DNA of 64,000 nt from Felis catus (taxonomy: Eukaryota): the NCBI RefSeq assembly GCF_018350175.1, contig NC_058386.1:3038001-3102000 (forward strand). Direction: 5' to 3'. Within the stretch, counting starts at the first letter, position 1, and each line of letters starts with the position of its first letter. The position numbers were made by a program, and so were the translations under genes. The notes under the pieces were generated by a model that saw nothing but the letters and a program-made list of their open reading frames with translations, had not been told where the DNA came from and made no database searches. Positions 25,875 through 37,748 of the stretch are shown piece after piece.

Positions 25875-25990
25875 ATCTATCTTTCAATCATCCATCCATC
25901 AGGTGTCTATCCATCAGCTATCTATTCATCATCCAGCTATCTTTCCAGCCAGCCAGCTATCTACCTAAGTACTGATATACCTACCTAGAT
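25560..25990. repeat. Compound (TCTA)n/(TCCA)n tetranucleotide repeat
   Basis: direct reading; pure (TCTA)n core near 25828-25872. Confidence 0.95.
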
Positions 25991-26649
25991 CTATGTGGTT
26001 ATCTATATAGCTATTCATCTGTATCTATCATTACACTGATATTTATAATTCTGTTTATATTTAGGTATGTATTTACCCTAAAATTGAAAGGAACTTTTAA
26101 AAAATGAAATTCCAAAGGGATAATACAGAAGACCCAAGGTAAACAAGTAGGCATAAACCTGCCTTTTATCACTAGAGTACATTCTCAGAATTCCGTCCTT
26201 GCCTTTATATTTCTCTCCTAATCAGGAAATTTTTGCAGAAAGTACTGTGGAAATGCTCCTCAATTACCTTGACACTATGTTGGACTTTTCTCTGAGCATC
26301 ACACCTACTTAAAATGTCACGGATTGTCTCTTTAGTGTAGACATGGGACAGGAACAGTTTGGTTTGCACATGAACCAGTGTACTTCGGAACCCAGGGGAA
26401 TACGAGCATGGTGAATATGTTCAGATCTGTTCTCCTCAAAGAACGCAATTTGAATTTCTTCTTTTATTTACGTGTTCATGCTTTTGCCCGTAACTGTCCT
26501 GGCCACTGGATTTTTCTTACAAATTTGTGGGAATTTCTCAAATGTCTAGGTGATATTTTCTTGGTTGTAAGATTTGACAGGGTAAAAATGTTCCATCCAT
26601 TCAACTTCAAAAAAATTGTTATGTATATTTATCCTGTATTTTGATGGAA

Positions 26650-27600
26650 AAAATATCTGTCAAATTTCTTATCCTATACTTGATATTTTTAAAAAAGAAA
26701 TGTCCCTACAACCCTAAACCACTCAGATGTTTTCCTGTATTTTCTTGTGTTAATTTGTCACCTTTACTCTTCACATGTAGACTTCTCTATCTAGAATCCA
26801 ACTTGGTCTCTGGATATGGGGTAAGGTGCACTATTATTTCTTACACAGAGGGAGCTAGTTTTCCACATACTAACTAAATGGCCAGACTTTCTGCAGTAAG
26901 TCATGATGCCAACCGGACTCCATATCAGTTTTTGTACAGTCAAACTTCTGGAATTTTCTGTGCTGCTCTCTTAGTCTATTTACAGTCTCTGAACCATCAA
27001 CAAAGTGTTTTCAATATCATACATGCTTCATAAAATATTTGTCTGATAAGACAGCTCTATTTGTTATTATTTCTTAGTGTTACCTTAGCTATTTTCTATT
27101 TTCTATTATGTATATAAACTTCAGAATATGTTAATGGAGTTTCTAAAAGAAACAGTGGGAATTTTGATTAGTGTTGCGTTGATAGTATGATTAAATCTGC
27201 AGAATTCATATTAACATATTAGTCACGCTTTTCAAGGTTCACATGATCATCTCTCTTGATTATTTTCCTTTGTTAACTTTGTATATTCTTAGATAATTCC
27301 TAGATTTTTTATACTTTTAAATTAATGTCATAATAAATGATATTTGCATTATACTTAGGAATTCATTACTATGGAAAAACACTACTGAATTTTTAAAGAT
27401 AATCTCATAAGTTAATCTTTTATCTAATCATCTTGCTGGGTTCTCTTGTTAAATCTGATTCCTAAGTTTATATACACAACTTTTTTCTCATACAGATGAT
27501 GATTCTGTAAGTAAAGGCAAGTTTAACTGTTCCCTTCCAATCTTTAGTCAGGGAATTTATTTTTCTTCATCGTATTTATCAGGATTGGTAATATAACATG
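26650..27600 (-). mobile_element. Old LINE-1 remnant (L1ME-like, antisense)
   Basis: T-rich degenerate L1 antisense text, e.g. gaattttgattagtgttgcgttga, tcatcttgctgggttctcttgtta, agtttaactgttcccttccaat. Confidence 0.55.
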
Positions 27601-27882
27601 CAGTAATGATTTTATGCCACGTGTGTATCATGACCTATGAATACATATAAACTATGTATTATGGACTAGATATATAAAGTCCCCACACAGCGAATACCCT
27701 TAACATCAAAGCCATACCCCTGGGCATTTTTGCCTACATAGAGCCAAGCAGGTCCAAACAGAATTGTAGGTAATCGTATCTGTGTCCGCCTTGATAATCA
27801 AAAGATGAATCTCAGGAGCCATTAAGACAATAACAGATTTATACAACTACATAAGAGTTCATTTAAAATTTTCTCTGTGGCT

Positions 27883-27998
27883 AGAGCACCTGGGTGGCTC
27901 AGTTGGTTGATCACCTGTTTCTTGATTTCGGCTTGGGTCGTGACGTCACAATTCATGAGATCGGGCTCTGTGCTGAGAGTGGACCCTGCTTAAGATAG

Positions 27999-28056
<58 letters not shown>

Positions 28057-28112
28057 CCTCCCCAGCTTGTGCACTCTCACTGTCTCTCAAAATAAACATG
28101 CATACATACAAA
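27883..28112 (+). mobile_element. Can-SINE with long (CT)n
   Basis: gcacctgggtggctcag head; TSD tctctgtggc. Confidence 0.92.
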
Positions 28113-28173
28113 TGTCTCTGTGGCAAAAGACCCCAAATCAAACTCAAAACCAAACATAATGCTCCAATAAACG

Positions 28174-28361
28174 CAGGAAAGATTTTTCTGTAAAGGGCCA
28201 GATGGTAAATTTTTGGAATTTGTGGGCCATATGTTTGTGCAGCAACCAAAGTCTACCATTAGAGCTTGAAAACAGCCACAAAGAATACATAAATAATGGG
28301 CAGCACTGTGCTCCAATGGAACTTTATTTATAAAAAAATGGTTCACAGTTTGTGACACCTC
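28174..28361 (+). mobile_element. hAT-Charlie MITE MER58A
   Basis: tttttctgtaaagggccagatggtaaat...gggccatatg...ccaatggaactttatttat...agtttgtgacacctc. Confidence 0.85.
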
Positions 28362-28756
28362 ACTTAGAATAAAGTGTTTGGGGCTGATATAAAACAGAAT
28401 GGATAAGTAACAGTAGTGTTCTAGGAAATGTTTACAAACTGACCCAGTACAAAAATTGCCACAGGATATGATATAAGTGTATACACCTTCTTTTTATATA
28501 TGAATATTCCATTCTTTCAAGATGAGCAGGAATCCATAGAACAGTATTTTAGTTTTTCAGTATTCGGGTGACTGTCAGAAAATACTGGGCCTAGAACTCT
28601 TAATGCAAACTCTCATTGTTCTGTGGATTTGTTTGTTTGTTTTTTGTTTTTGAATTTTCCTATCATTTGCTTTTGGTTACTTTTTGTTTTAATCAGCAGA
28701 TAAGATCTGCTAGGTACCAAAATCTAAAATGAGGTTCTAACTTAGAGCAGGTAATT

Positions 28757-28984
28757 AAAAAAAATTTTTTTTTAATGTTTATTATTTTGAGACAGAGAGA
28801 GAGATAGAACATGAGTAGGGGAGGGGCACAGAGAGAAGGAGACACAAAATGTGAAGCAGACTCCAGGCTCCAGGCTCTGAGCTGTCAGTGCAGAGCCCTA
28901 CGCAGGGCTTGAACTCAAGACCCGTGAGATCCTGACCTCAGCTGAAGTCAGACACTTAACTGACTGAGTCGCCCAGGCGCCCCC
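28757..28984 (-). mobile_element. Can-SINE
   Basis: full reverse body; imperfect TSD tagagcaggtaatt / tagtgcgggtaatt. Confidence 0.94.
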
Positions 28985-30248
28985 TAGTGCGGGTAATTTT
29001 AGCACTGGAATCTGAAAAGTAGTCCCTCTCCCATGAAAGCCATTTCATCCTTAACTAGGTACTTGGTGACCATGTCCACACCTTGGGGCACACGAATTTC
29101 CTCTTGTGCACGGACCAAGCTGACGGAGCATTCCATCCAACACCGGCTACACAGGATAGATACGATGAAGGACCCCAATGGTCAGCTGAGGCCTTCGGAA
29201 GGTAGTATTCACCCAGAACACCCCGTGTCTTGGCCCTCTGTACGTCTGGGTCTTTTGTATGGCATTTATTTTTTTTCTCCACTTGTCTTTCTTGGGCCTC
29301 ACATTTTCTAGCGTGGAACGTCTGCCATTTGGTTACTTCACACATAAACATGGGAAACGATCGTTTCACGTGATCTTGAAGGAAGTGTTTCACGATCTCC
29401 CCTACCTAAGCCTGGACCCTGCACCACCGAGGAGCCGGCTGATAAGCCAGATGGTCCACAGGTGTTGTCTCTGGGTGTGTAAGAAGGCTGCGTTCCGTTA
29501 CGAGCAATTATGAGGAACCAGGACAGATACCCTCACACTTTTCCCCTCCAGACCGTATTCTTGCCCTCAATGTATATTTCACCTGTGTCTTTGTACTCTC
29601 GTCGAAGAAAGTTAGGAATACAAATGAAGAGTGAAAGGGAAAAAAAGAATTAGAACGTCTATCTTCATTATTATGCGGTGAGGCACTGAAAAATATAGGC
29701 AGCCATGTATTTTTTTAAAGCTACAAGAATAGTAATTATTACTATTTAATTAAATGACATCACATTGGATCCACATGATGTATAAACGCAATCCACCCAT
29801 TTAACATTTATTTACGCTGTTTCTTTTGGCAGTGTGTTATTTCATTTTAACACACTGCACTTTGCTTATTATACGAAACAATCCTTACCCCTAAACTGTT
29901 ATTTGTATGGAAATACAAATGTCAGTCCATTCGGCAAATTGCTTTTAAATGAGAAAAATCTAAACAGACAGAAAGGAGGGAGGGATGGGAGGGACGGAGA
30001 AAGGGCATAGGTAGAAGGCTGGATGAAAAATACATAAGGTTTCGGTTTGTTTTTAGGGGAAAACAAATAGACAGAAACTTCACCAAAAAGATGAGAAAAG
30101 ACCTAAGAAAGCACAAATGCAAGAAGCAGAAAGGAACAAGATTTCTCTTCCCCTACCCGCCATGTTTATTTTTATGATTTCCATTCTATATTACAAACTA
30201 TGGTTGTGATTTGCACATCTTCAACTTCCTTGTGAGAGTATTGATGGG

Positions 30249-30568
30249 CACTTGACCCTTCAACAAAGAGGGGGCCAACCCACACTCAAAAGTCCGCATA
30301 TAACTTCTGCCCCCGCCCCCTCAAAATGTAAATACTAATAGCCTACTGTTGACCAGAAGCCTTACTGGTCATATAAAGCTCATAAGCACATACTTTCTGT
30401 GTTATAAGATACTGAATTCTTACAATCAAGTAAGGTAGAGAAAAGAGAATGTGATTAAGAAAACCATAAGGAAGAGAAAATAGGTTTATAGTACTCTATT
30501 GCATTTATCAAAAAGAAAACAATAAAAATCCACGTCTCAGTGTATCCATATTCTTCAACCATCAACTG
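30249..30568 (-). mobile_element. TcMar-Tigger2-derived MITE (Tigger2a/MER28-like)
   Basis: degenerate TIR cacttgacccttcaacaa ... tcaactg; aatagcctactgttgaccagaagccttac; aagaaaaccataaggaagagaaaat. Confidence 0.8.
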
Positions 30569-31098
30569 TCTGTAGCACTGTAACCAGGTTATGTAATAGA
30601 ATACATAATCTAGAATGAGCACTTCACAATTTGGGGCACATGCACTTTGTTAAAGAGTATCTTGAGCCATGACCCCCAAAGACGGCTATGAATGATAGCA
30701 GGACCCAGACGGAGCACCTCAGGGTGGGGGTCATTTACAGGTGTCCCACCATTACCCTACTATATAGATATTACACCACTCCATTATTATATGGATATTA
30801 CACTATTGTGAAGGCGTGCAAATTTCTTATTTCTGGTATTTATGTATTGGTGTCTGCTACACTCTTAAGCAGTTTCACTGACAATCCATAATTTTATGAA
30901 GGTAAATTACATCTAACGAAAAAACCAAAAAACCCATTTAAGACTACTTTAATCCATTGTATATTATCAAATCCTAATCTTGTGTTCTAACTGTGCAGTT
31001 TAAAAAAATAACTCTATTGCAATTTTGATGAAAGAATTTAGAATTCTTAAATTTTATGTTTGTATAGATGCCTTATAAATAATTAGTTTGGGACTTTA

Positions 31099-31327
31099 TG
31101 TATTTGTTTTTTAATGTTTATTTATTTTTGAGAAAGAGAGAGAGAGACAGAGAGACAGAGCACGAGCCAAGAAAGAGCAAAGAGAGAGGGAGACACAGAA
31201 TCCGAAGCAGGCTCCAGGCTCTGAGCTGTCAGCACAGAGCCCAACATGGGGCTTAAACCCACAAACCGTGACATCATGACCTGAGCTGAAGTTGGACGCT
31301 CAACCGACTGAGCCACCTAGGTGCCCC
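31099..31327 (-). mobile_element. Can-SINE
   Basis: reverse body; TSD attagtttgggacttta. Confidence 0.96.
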
Positions 31328-31503
31328 ATTAGTTTGGGACTTTAAAACTAAGGTCGTTAATTGACCTAAAAGTGATTAACGTATTTGCAGGACAAATCTT
31401 CCAAATCTATGTTATTACTGAGCTATTTGTTTTCATTAACATGGGATAAATGTTACACTCAATGAAATTAAAACAGTATTTTCATTTTGAAAATGTCTTG
31501 GAT

Positions 31504-31735
31504 GGGGCGCCTGGGTGGCGCAGTCGGTGAAGCGTCCGACTTCAGCCAGGTCACGATCTCGCGGTCCGTGAGTTCGAGCCCCGCGTCGGGCTCTGGGCTG
31601 ATGGCTCAGAGCCTGGAGCCCGTTTCCGATTCTGTGTCTCCCTCTCTCTCTGCCCCTCCCCCATTCATGCTCTGTCTCTCTCTGTCCCAAAAATAAATAA
31701 AAACGTTGAAAAAAAAATTAAAAAAAAAAAAGAAT
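31504..31735 (+). mobile_element. Young Can-SINE (SINEC_Fc1-like)
   Basis: CpG-intact body; perfect 15-bp TSD gaaaatgtcttggat (31489-31503, 31736-31750). Confidence 0.98.
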
Positions 31736-32514
31736 GAAAATGTCTTGGATCTGGGATTCCATTTTTTTTGTTTATACCAGATTTTTGTAACACTTGTATT
31801 TAAATGATTGACTGATTATTCTATGTCCACATCAGCAAACTGAGTGTGAAATCTATCTGATGATCCGCTTTGATATTTTCATGGCATGTATATCTATCAT
31901 CATATGAGGAAAGTAAGATATGCTCCCTCAGGGAACTGGGTGTGTGTGTGAATATCAAATTGGTTTTATGTATAAAGAGCCTGGCATGTGGTAAGGTCTG
32001 TGTAAGCTTTGCTAGTATTATTATTATCCTAATGAGCTGGCCAGAGAAAAGCCAATAAAGTGTCATACTAAACAAACACAGGCAACACCACCTTCCTAAG
32101 ATGTACATAAAATCACATGATAGGGGCTGAACTTCGTTTTCATCCTTCTCAGGTGTCAGTTCATCATCAGGGATGCGGCTCTTATTCTCAGGTGTCTTGC
32201 AGGATGTGAATACAAAGATAAGAAAACAATCTTCCTGTGTAATAAGGAGTCAGGTCCTTAGAGGTGAGCTTACTCCCCTGGAAACGTGATAAAGGCAGGA
32301 TCACCACCGTATTAATAGACTGCTTCATTTATGTAGCAAGAAACAGCTGGTAGGGAGTCACGTGTTTTGAGGTCTCCTGAGTGTGTGACTGTAGTGCTGA
32401 GTGGGTTCCTCTGGGGGGGTATGATGTACCCTCTAAGCCAAGAGGAGATGTTGTGATGGTGCCCATGGGTGAGCCATGGTTCTTGTCCCGTGCTGGCCTC
32501 AGTGAACTGATACC

Positions 32515-32950
32515 TTGTGTGGTCTGTACTAACAATGAGCTTTCTGATGCTGTGACATCTTGGGAACTTTGCTGACCCGGGAGAGACTGCCCCTTCCAAG
32601 GTTAGCCCATTTTCAGAGATAACAAACAGCTCAGTCCAGCATGGACTTTTCAAATGCCAGCCCACCAAGGCAGAGCCTAACCCCAACCACCTTCCGCCTG
32701 ACTTAGCCTCCTGAGTGCCAGATACCGAACAACTCAAGACAGGCCCCTGTACCCTAAAGCCCACAGGAATTATTCAAAGCACCCTACCCCAGACCTGCTT
32801 ACCTGCCTCACTCATACCTTCCCAGGGGAACCACTATCAAGGCTCCTGCCCACTGAGGCTCCGTGTACGTCCTGACTGGCGTTTCCACATGTGGCTGGTA
32901 TGGAGTATCTCTTCAACGGTCTCCTGATCTACTGGCTTTACTGGACCTAA
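32515..32950 (+). mobile_element. ERVL-class LTR remnant (MER74/MER54-like)
   Basis: ttgctgacccggagagactgccccttccaaggttagcc...agataacaaacagctc...ccccaaccacc...gacaggcccctgtaccctaaagccc. Confidence 0.55.
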
Positions 32951-32952
32951 AT

Positions 32953-33178
32953 TGTTTTTTAATTTTTGTCAATGTTTATTTCTTTTTGAGAGACAGAGAG
33001 TGAGCGAGTGAGCACGAGCAGGGGAGGGGCAGAGATAGAGGGAGGCACAGAATGCAAAGCAGGCTCCAGGCTCTGAGCGGTCAGTACAGAGCCTCACGCG
33101 GGGCATGAACTCATGAACCGTGAGGTCATGACCTGAGCAGGAGTCGCATGCTTAACGGACTGAGCACCCAGGTGCCCC
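32953..33178 (-). mobile_element. Can-SINE
   Basis: reverse body ending gagcacccaggtgcccc. Confidence 0.94.
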
Positions 33179-34089
33179 TGAATGCCTTGGGTTTTTAAAG
33201 GTCCCTTCTGTGCTAGTAGGATATCTAAGACAGAATTTATGATATCATCCTAACTGCCGTATTTTGATCTATTTAATAAAATGGTGATGAATAAAATATG
33301 GCCGCATATCCGGGAGTTGCAAAAAACTCCTTTATAAGTACCAGCAAAGAGATAAGTGAACGTAGAAAAGAGATTTCAGTGTGCAGGTGGGGAAATAAAT
33401 ACCAGGGAGTTGGTATTACCTGACCTCTCTGGAAGGGGGATCTGAGATGTGGGGGGGGACGGTCACAGTCTGAGGGGCTGCAATATTACAGATTGAGGTG
33501 TCTACAGTGTCTTTGCATTCAGCTATGCTGGCATAGGCTGTTCTACCACGTCCCAGAAAATGCGAGGTACCAGATCTCCCAGAATGGGGAGCCGTGACGG
33601 GTACACAGCGCCAGCCTCCCGGACAAAATGCCATCAGTCGGTTCTGTTTTCACATCACATTTCACTGTGTGATTTACTGGCCAACGTCCTCTCCTAGCCG
33701 TGAGGATCAGCTCGTGTCCCTGAACATGACAACAGTCAAATGACACAGGGGACTTGTACAGCAAGTGCACAAAACGAAAGAGAAATATTTAATATCGCTT
33801 CAAGGACACCTGTGTTTGTGGAGGGCAGTCTCCAGGATACGGTGTTTAGGGTTAGGAAAGTTACAGGTGCACAGTGAGGAGTGAAGGTTGTCTCTCCGAG
33901 AAACAGAATCTTTAAGGAGAAGGCATATCACTCAACACGTGCCATCGCGTCGGGTGCACGAACTCTGATTTGGTGGTTGTCCATATTCATGCTCCTGCCT
34001 AGGAGGGCCGGGAAGAATGGCCCCCGGATTCCACAGACAAGAGTCTGTTTATTGCCCCGGACAGTGAGTCTTGGGAGCGCCTTCACCCA

Positions 34090-34600
34090 CTGGACAGCCA
34101 GACAGCGTCTTGGCTGTTTCTCAGATTTCCCTTGTTTTTCTATGGCCTTGGGAGTTTTGAGGACTAGTGATCGGATACTTTGTAGAAGGTCCTCAGCTGG
34201 GCTTTGCCTGATGTTTTCCTCATAATTAGACTGGAGTTGTGGGTTTGGGGGGGAGGGCACAGAGGGGACGTGCCACTCTCACCGCATGGAATGAAGAGTA
34301 TGTACCATCGGGGGCACCCGGGGGGCTCAGTCAGCTGAGCTTCGGACTCTTGATTTCGGCTCAGGTTATGATCTGGTGGCTTGTGGGTCTGAGCCCCTCA
34401 CTGGGCGCTGTACTGACAGCGCAGAGACTGCTTGGGATTGTCTCTCTCTCCCTCTCTCCCTGCCTCTCACCCCCTCTCCCTCAAAGTAAATAAATAAAGT
34501 TAAAAAAAAAAAACAGCATACAGCCTCAGTATGACCCATCACTGTCGATGTTCCTCCTGAACAGTAAGCCGAGTTAGGGTTTTACAGGTCGTTTACCGTG
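34090..34600 (-). mobile_element. Old LINE-1 3' remnant (L1MC-like), interrupted by a SINE
   Basis: tctcagatttcccttgttttt...tttgtagaagg...gcctgatgttttcctcataattagactgg...cacagagg. Confidence 0.65.
34310..34513 (+). mobile_element. Can-SINE
   Basis: gggggcacccggggggctcagtc head, CT tract, A tail. Confidence 0.92.
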
Positions 34601-35549
34601 AAGATACTCCATTATCTAGTTCTATGCAGTCCTCTTGGGGGAAAAAGAAAGTCACCACACTCAAGCCACACTTACGACGGGGAATTCTCAGTTCACCCTC
34701 ATTCTCTTGCGAATTAATCCTAGATGATATGGTACTGTCTGCATCCACCCGGAGTAGCGAAGTACCAGCAGAGTAACAGGCGAATCGCCCTCCCCTTAGT
34801 TAAGACAATCTAAGAGGGAGAATACAGATTAGGCAAGCTGTTTTGTTATCGAAAGCATGTACTTCCTTTTCAGCACAAAGGGAACCCCAACACACCAAGG
34901 CGCAATTACTTGTGTCTGCAATGGAACGAAAGGCGGCTTTGAGCTGGGTCCGCAGAGAGCTCAGCAGCCGGGAGGTTCACAGGATTGTACGTTTATCAAG
35001 CTGCTAACGAGCCACACAGCAGAGTAAACATGAGCCTAGGGCATAGTGAGCACGTGTGTCCACGTGTTACCGTCATTTCTTAAACCACTATTCTAATAAC
35101 ACTAGGAGCTTCCGATGTGATTCCGAAGATGTGCCTCGTTTCCTGGGTCTGCCTTGACAGTCTACAAGAGGGGCCGGTGACAGGCAAACAATGGGAGAGA
35201 TGCTGAGGGTATTTCCAGAATTCTCTGACCAACACACTTCACAAATTTACATCATAAAAAAAGATCACTTGACTTCGGTTTTTGTGTTCTGACACCCTCT
35301 TAAAGGTCTTTCAAGTTTGTATTGCTGTAAAAAACAAATGGATATGGGATTCAACATACGGATGTACATACATCACTAGTGAATTCTTCACCAACTAGGA
35401 GAATTCTATTTGGATACAGCCAAAACAAGTGATTAATCGAGGAAAAGTTTTACTTGTAGATTAAGAGACGATAACAATTTCCACCTCGATTTTCTTTCCA
35501 AGTAGTAAAGGTTTTACAGAAACATAAAATTACAAGTTGCAGTACTTTA

Positions 35550-35722
35550 AATTTTTTGTTTTTATTTTCGAGAGACGGAGTAGGGAAAGGGCAGAAGGAG
35601 ACAGAGGGAGAATCTCAAGCAGGCTCCACACTCAGTGCAGAGTGGGACACGGGGCTTGATCCCATGACCCTGGGATCATGACCGGAGCCGAAATCAAGAG
35701 TTGGGCACTCAACTGACTGAGC
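35550..35722 (-). mobile_element. Can-SINE (head clipped)
   Basis: reverse body ending actgactgagcc. Confidence 0.9.
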
Positions 35723-36698
35723 CTTGTTTTTTATATATGAGACAAAGAACACTAGTGAGACTTTTTTTTTTTTTTAACCAAAGTTTATCCCAACTTGGCT
35801 GAAAGAATTTTCTAGTTTGAAATCTACCAAACTAAAAGCGTGGTTCCTTTTTCCTCTAAAAAAAAATATCTTTCAAGCAAATTTATTCTTTCTGAAAGGG
35901 CTTCATAAAGTACAACATAAGGCAAGTAAAATACATTTGTGGATTGAAGTTGTCTAAAGCACTCTACTAGTTGTGTTTTTTTTTAAATATTGTCCAAATC
36001 TCTAGCCCAGTAAACCCAACAAGACTGCATCCAGAACGTTAACCATATTTTCTGCTTTAAAAAACAGAGATGAACAGTAACTGTTGCATACATCATATAG
36101 CAATAGAAACACAGTGAGACTGTTTTCTCCCTCAGGAATAATAATTAATGTTTGGAGTAATTTTTCCCAAAGATAGCTGTTTGATTGGTACTTCACAGGT
36201 TCAAGGAGTTACTAATACTGTCGACTTCACTGTAGCATCAGAGGACCCCAAAAATATATACGATGGATATTTAATACGTCCAGCAACCGGTGCAGAGATC
36301 TTTCACAGAAAGGTTTTGTTAACTGTGAAAGAAGGGGTGTGATCTTGACAGACAGAAAATATAGGTGTTAATTCTTCTTAAAGAGGATTCTTCTAATTTG
36401 CTCAGACTAAATCTGTTTCCTCTGCAGGGGGAGGGTTCACATGCACTAGGGGTATTTAAAGTAAACAGCAAAGCAGTAAGCAACACACATTGTTCTTTCC
36501 ACGGAGGCAGGACGCAGGACAGAGGATCACAGAAGACGTCCAGTGCCTTCAAAACCGATGGTGGGGAGATGTGGGATTTTCTCAGCCCTTGACCTTTATT
36601 ATTCGCCCGAGGGTGAACGGAGACTGCCTCTTCCACCGTTTTCTTCTGTCCATTATCTCTTCACACCCAATGCCAAATGCTGTCAAGACCCAAACAGA

Positions 36699-36918
36699 GG
36701 GGCGCGTGGGTGGCTCAGTCAGTTAAGTGTCTGACTTCAGCTCAGGTCATGAACTCAAGTCGCGAGTTTGAGCCCCACGCCGGGCTCTGTGCTGACAGCT
36801 CAGAGCCTGGAGCCTGCTTCGGATTCTGCGTCTCCCTCTCTCTGCCTGCCTGTTCCCCACTCACACTCTCTCTCTGTGTCAAAAATAAATAAACACTAAA
36901 ATTTTTTTTTTTTAAAAA
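36699..36918 (+). mobile_element. Can-SINE
   Basis: ggggcgcgtgggtggctcag head, A tail. Confidence 0.94.
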
Positions 36919-37351
36919 GCCAAAGAGATCTCTGGTAAAGCACATGAGATTGGCCAGGGCGCGGAGAGAAGAGAAGGTTCAGTTTTCTTTTGATGGAGTG
37001 AGTGAGTGAGTGAGTGTTCATGGGTACTCAGGCACCATTTCTTGCTATTTGTGGAGAAAACTATGAAACGGCCAAGACCAGATGCAGGTCACAGGGGAGC
37101 GGCCGAAGGAAGTCACTGGGCGTGCTGGTATGTCCAGCCACCGCACACAGCTAACCCGATGCGCAGTCCAGGGGAGGCAAGTCCACAGAAGTCGGGTAAG
37201 GAACCGTCCATTTCCCAAATGGTCTTTGGTGGCCATCGACCCACAGCATGCTAATAAACCACAGCTGACGGAATGTTTTGGTTTGTGTAACTATCAGTTC
37301 TAATTTTTCTAGAACATGACTAACAGTCTAGGTTGCTTCCAAAACAGCAAG

Positions 37352-37580
37352 GCAGACCACCTGGATCTGGTCAGTTGGGTCTTTGGTGTTTTAGGATCCG
37401 TATGTAACAGCCATCTGCCACCTGAGTCTAGTTGCCCCAAAGAAAATCCTATCCCTCCTGATTGAGTAAAGAATGAGCTTCTTTATTTTGTTTAGTGACA
37501 TCTGTGGGTATTAAGGATACATTCAACACTTTTGGGGACTAAAACATTAGACGTATAGGGGCACCTGACTGGCTCAGTCA
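37352..37580 (+). repeat. Dispersed duplication copy B (inverted partner at 9505-9725)
   Basis: hand alignment, about 88% identity; here the SINE continues full length. Confidence 0.92.
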
Positions 37581-37748
37581 GTTAAATGTCTGAATCTCGA
37601 TTTGGGCTCAGGTCTTGATCTGGTGACTCGTGAGTTCGAGCCTATGTCAGGCTCTCGGCTACCAAGGCTGCTTGGGATTCTCTCTCTCTGCCCTTCCCCG
37701 TGCACGTGCTCTCTCTCTCAAAATAAGTAAAAATAAAACTTAAGAAAA
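37558..37748 (+). mobile_element. Can-SINE
   Basis: ggggcacctgactggctcagtc head, gttcgagcc, A tail. Confidence 0.92.

Noticed and set aside
25328-25975. Longest ORF (215 aa, S/I/Y/H/P/L-rich)
   Set aside because: Mostly a translation of the (TCTA)/(TCCA) simple repeat; no protein similarity recognised.
30755-30805. Degenerate ~24-bp two-copy repeat (tactatatagatattacac / tattatatggatattacac)
   Set aside because: Old AT-rich slippage product with no further structure.
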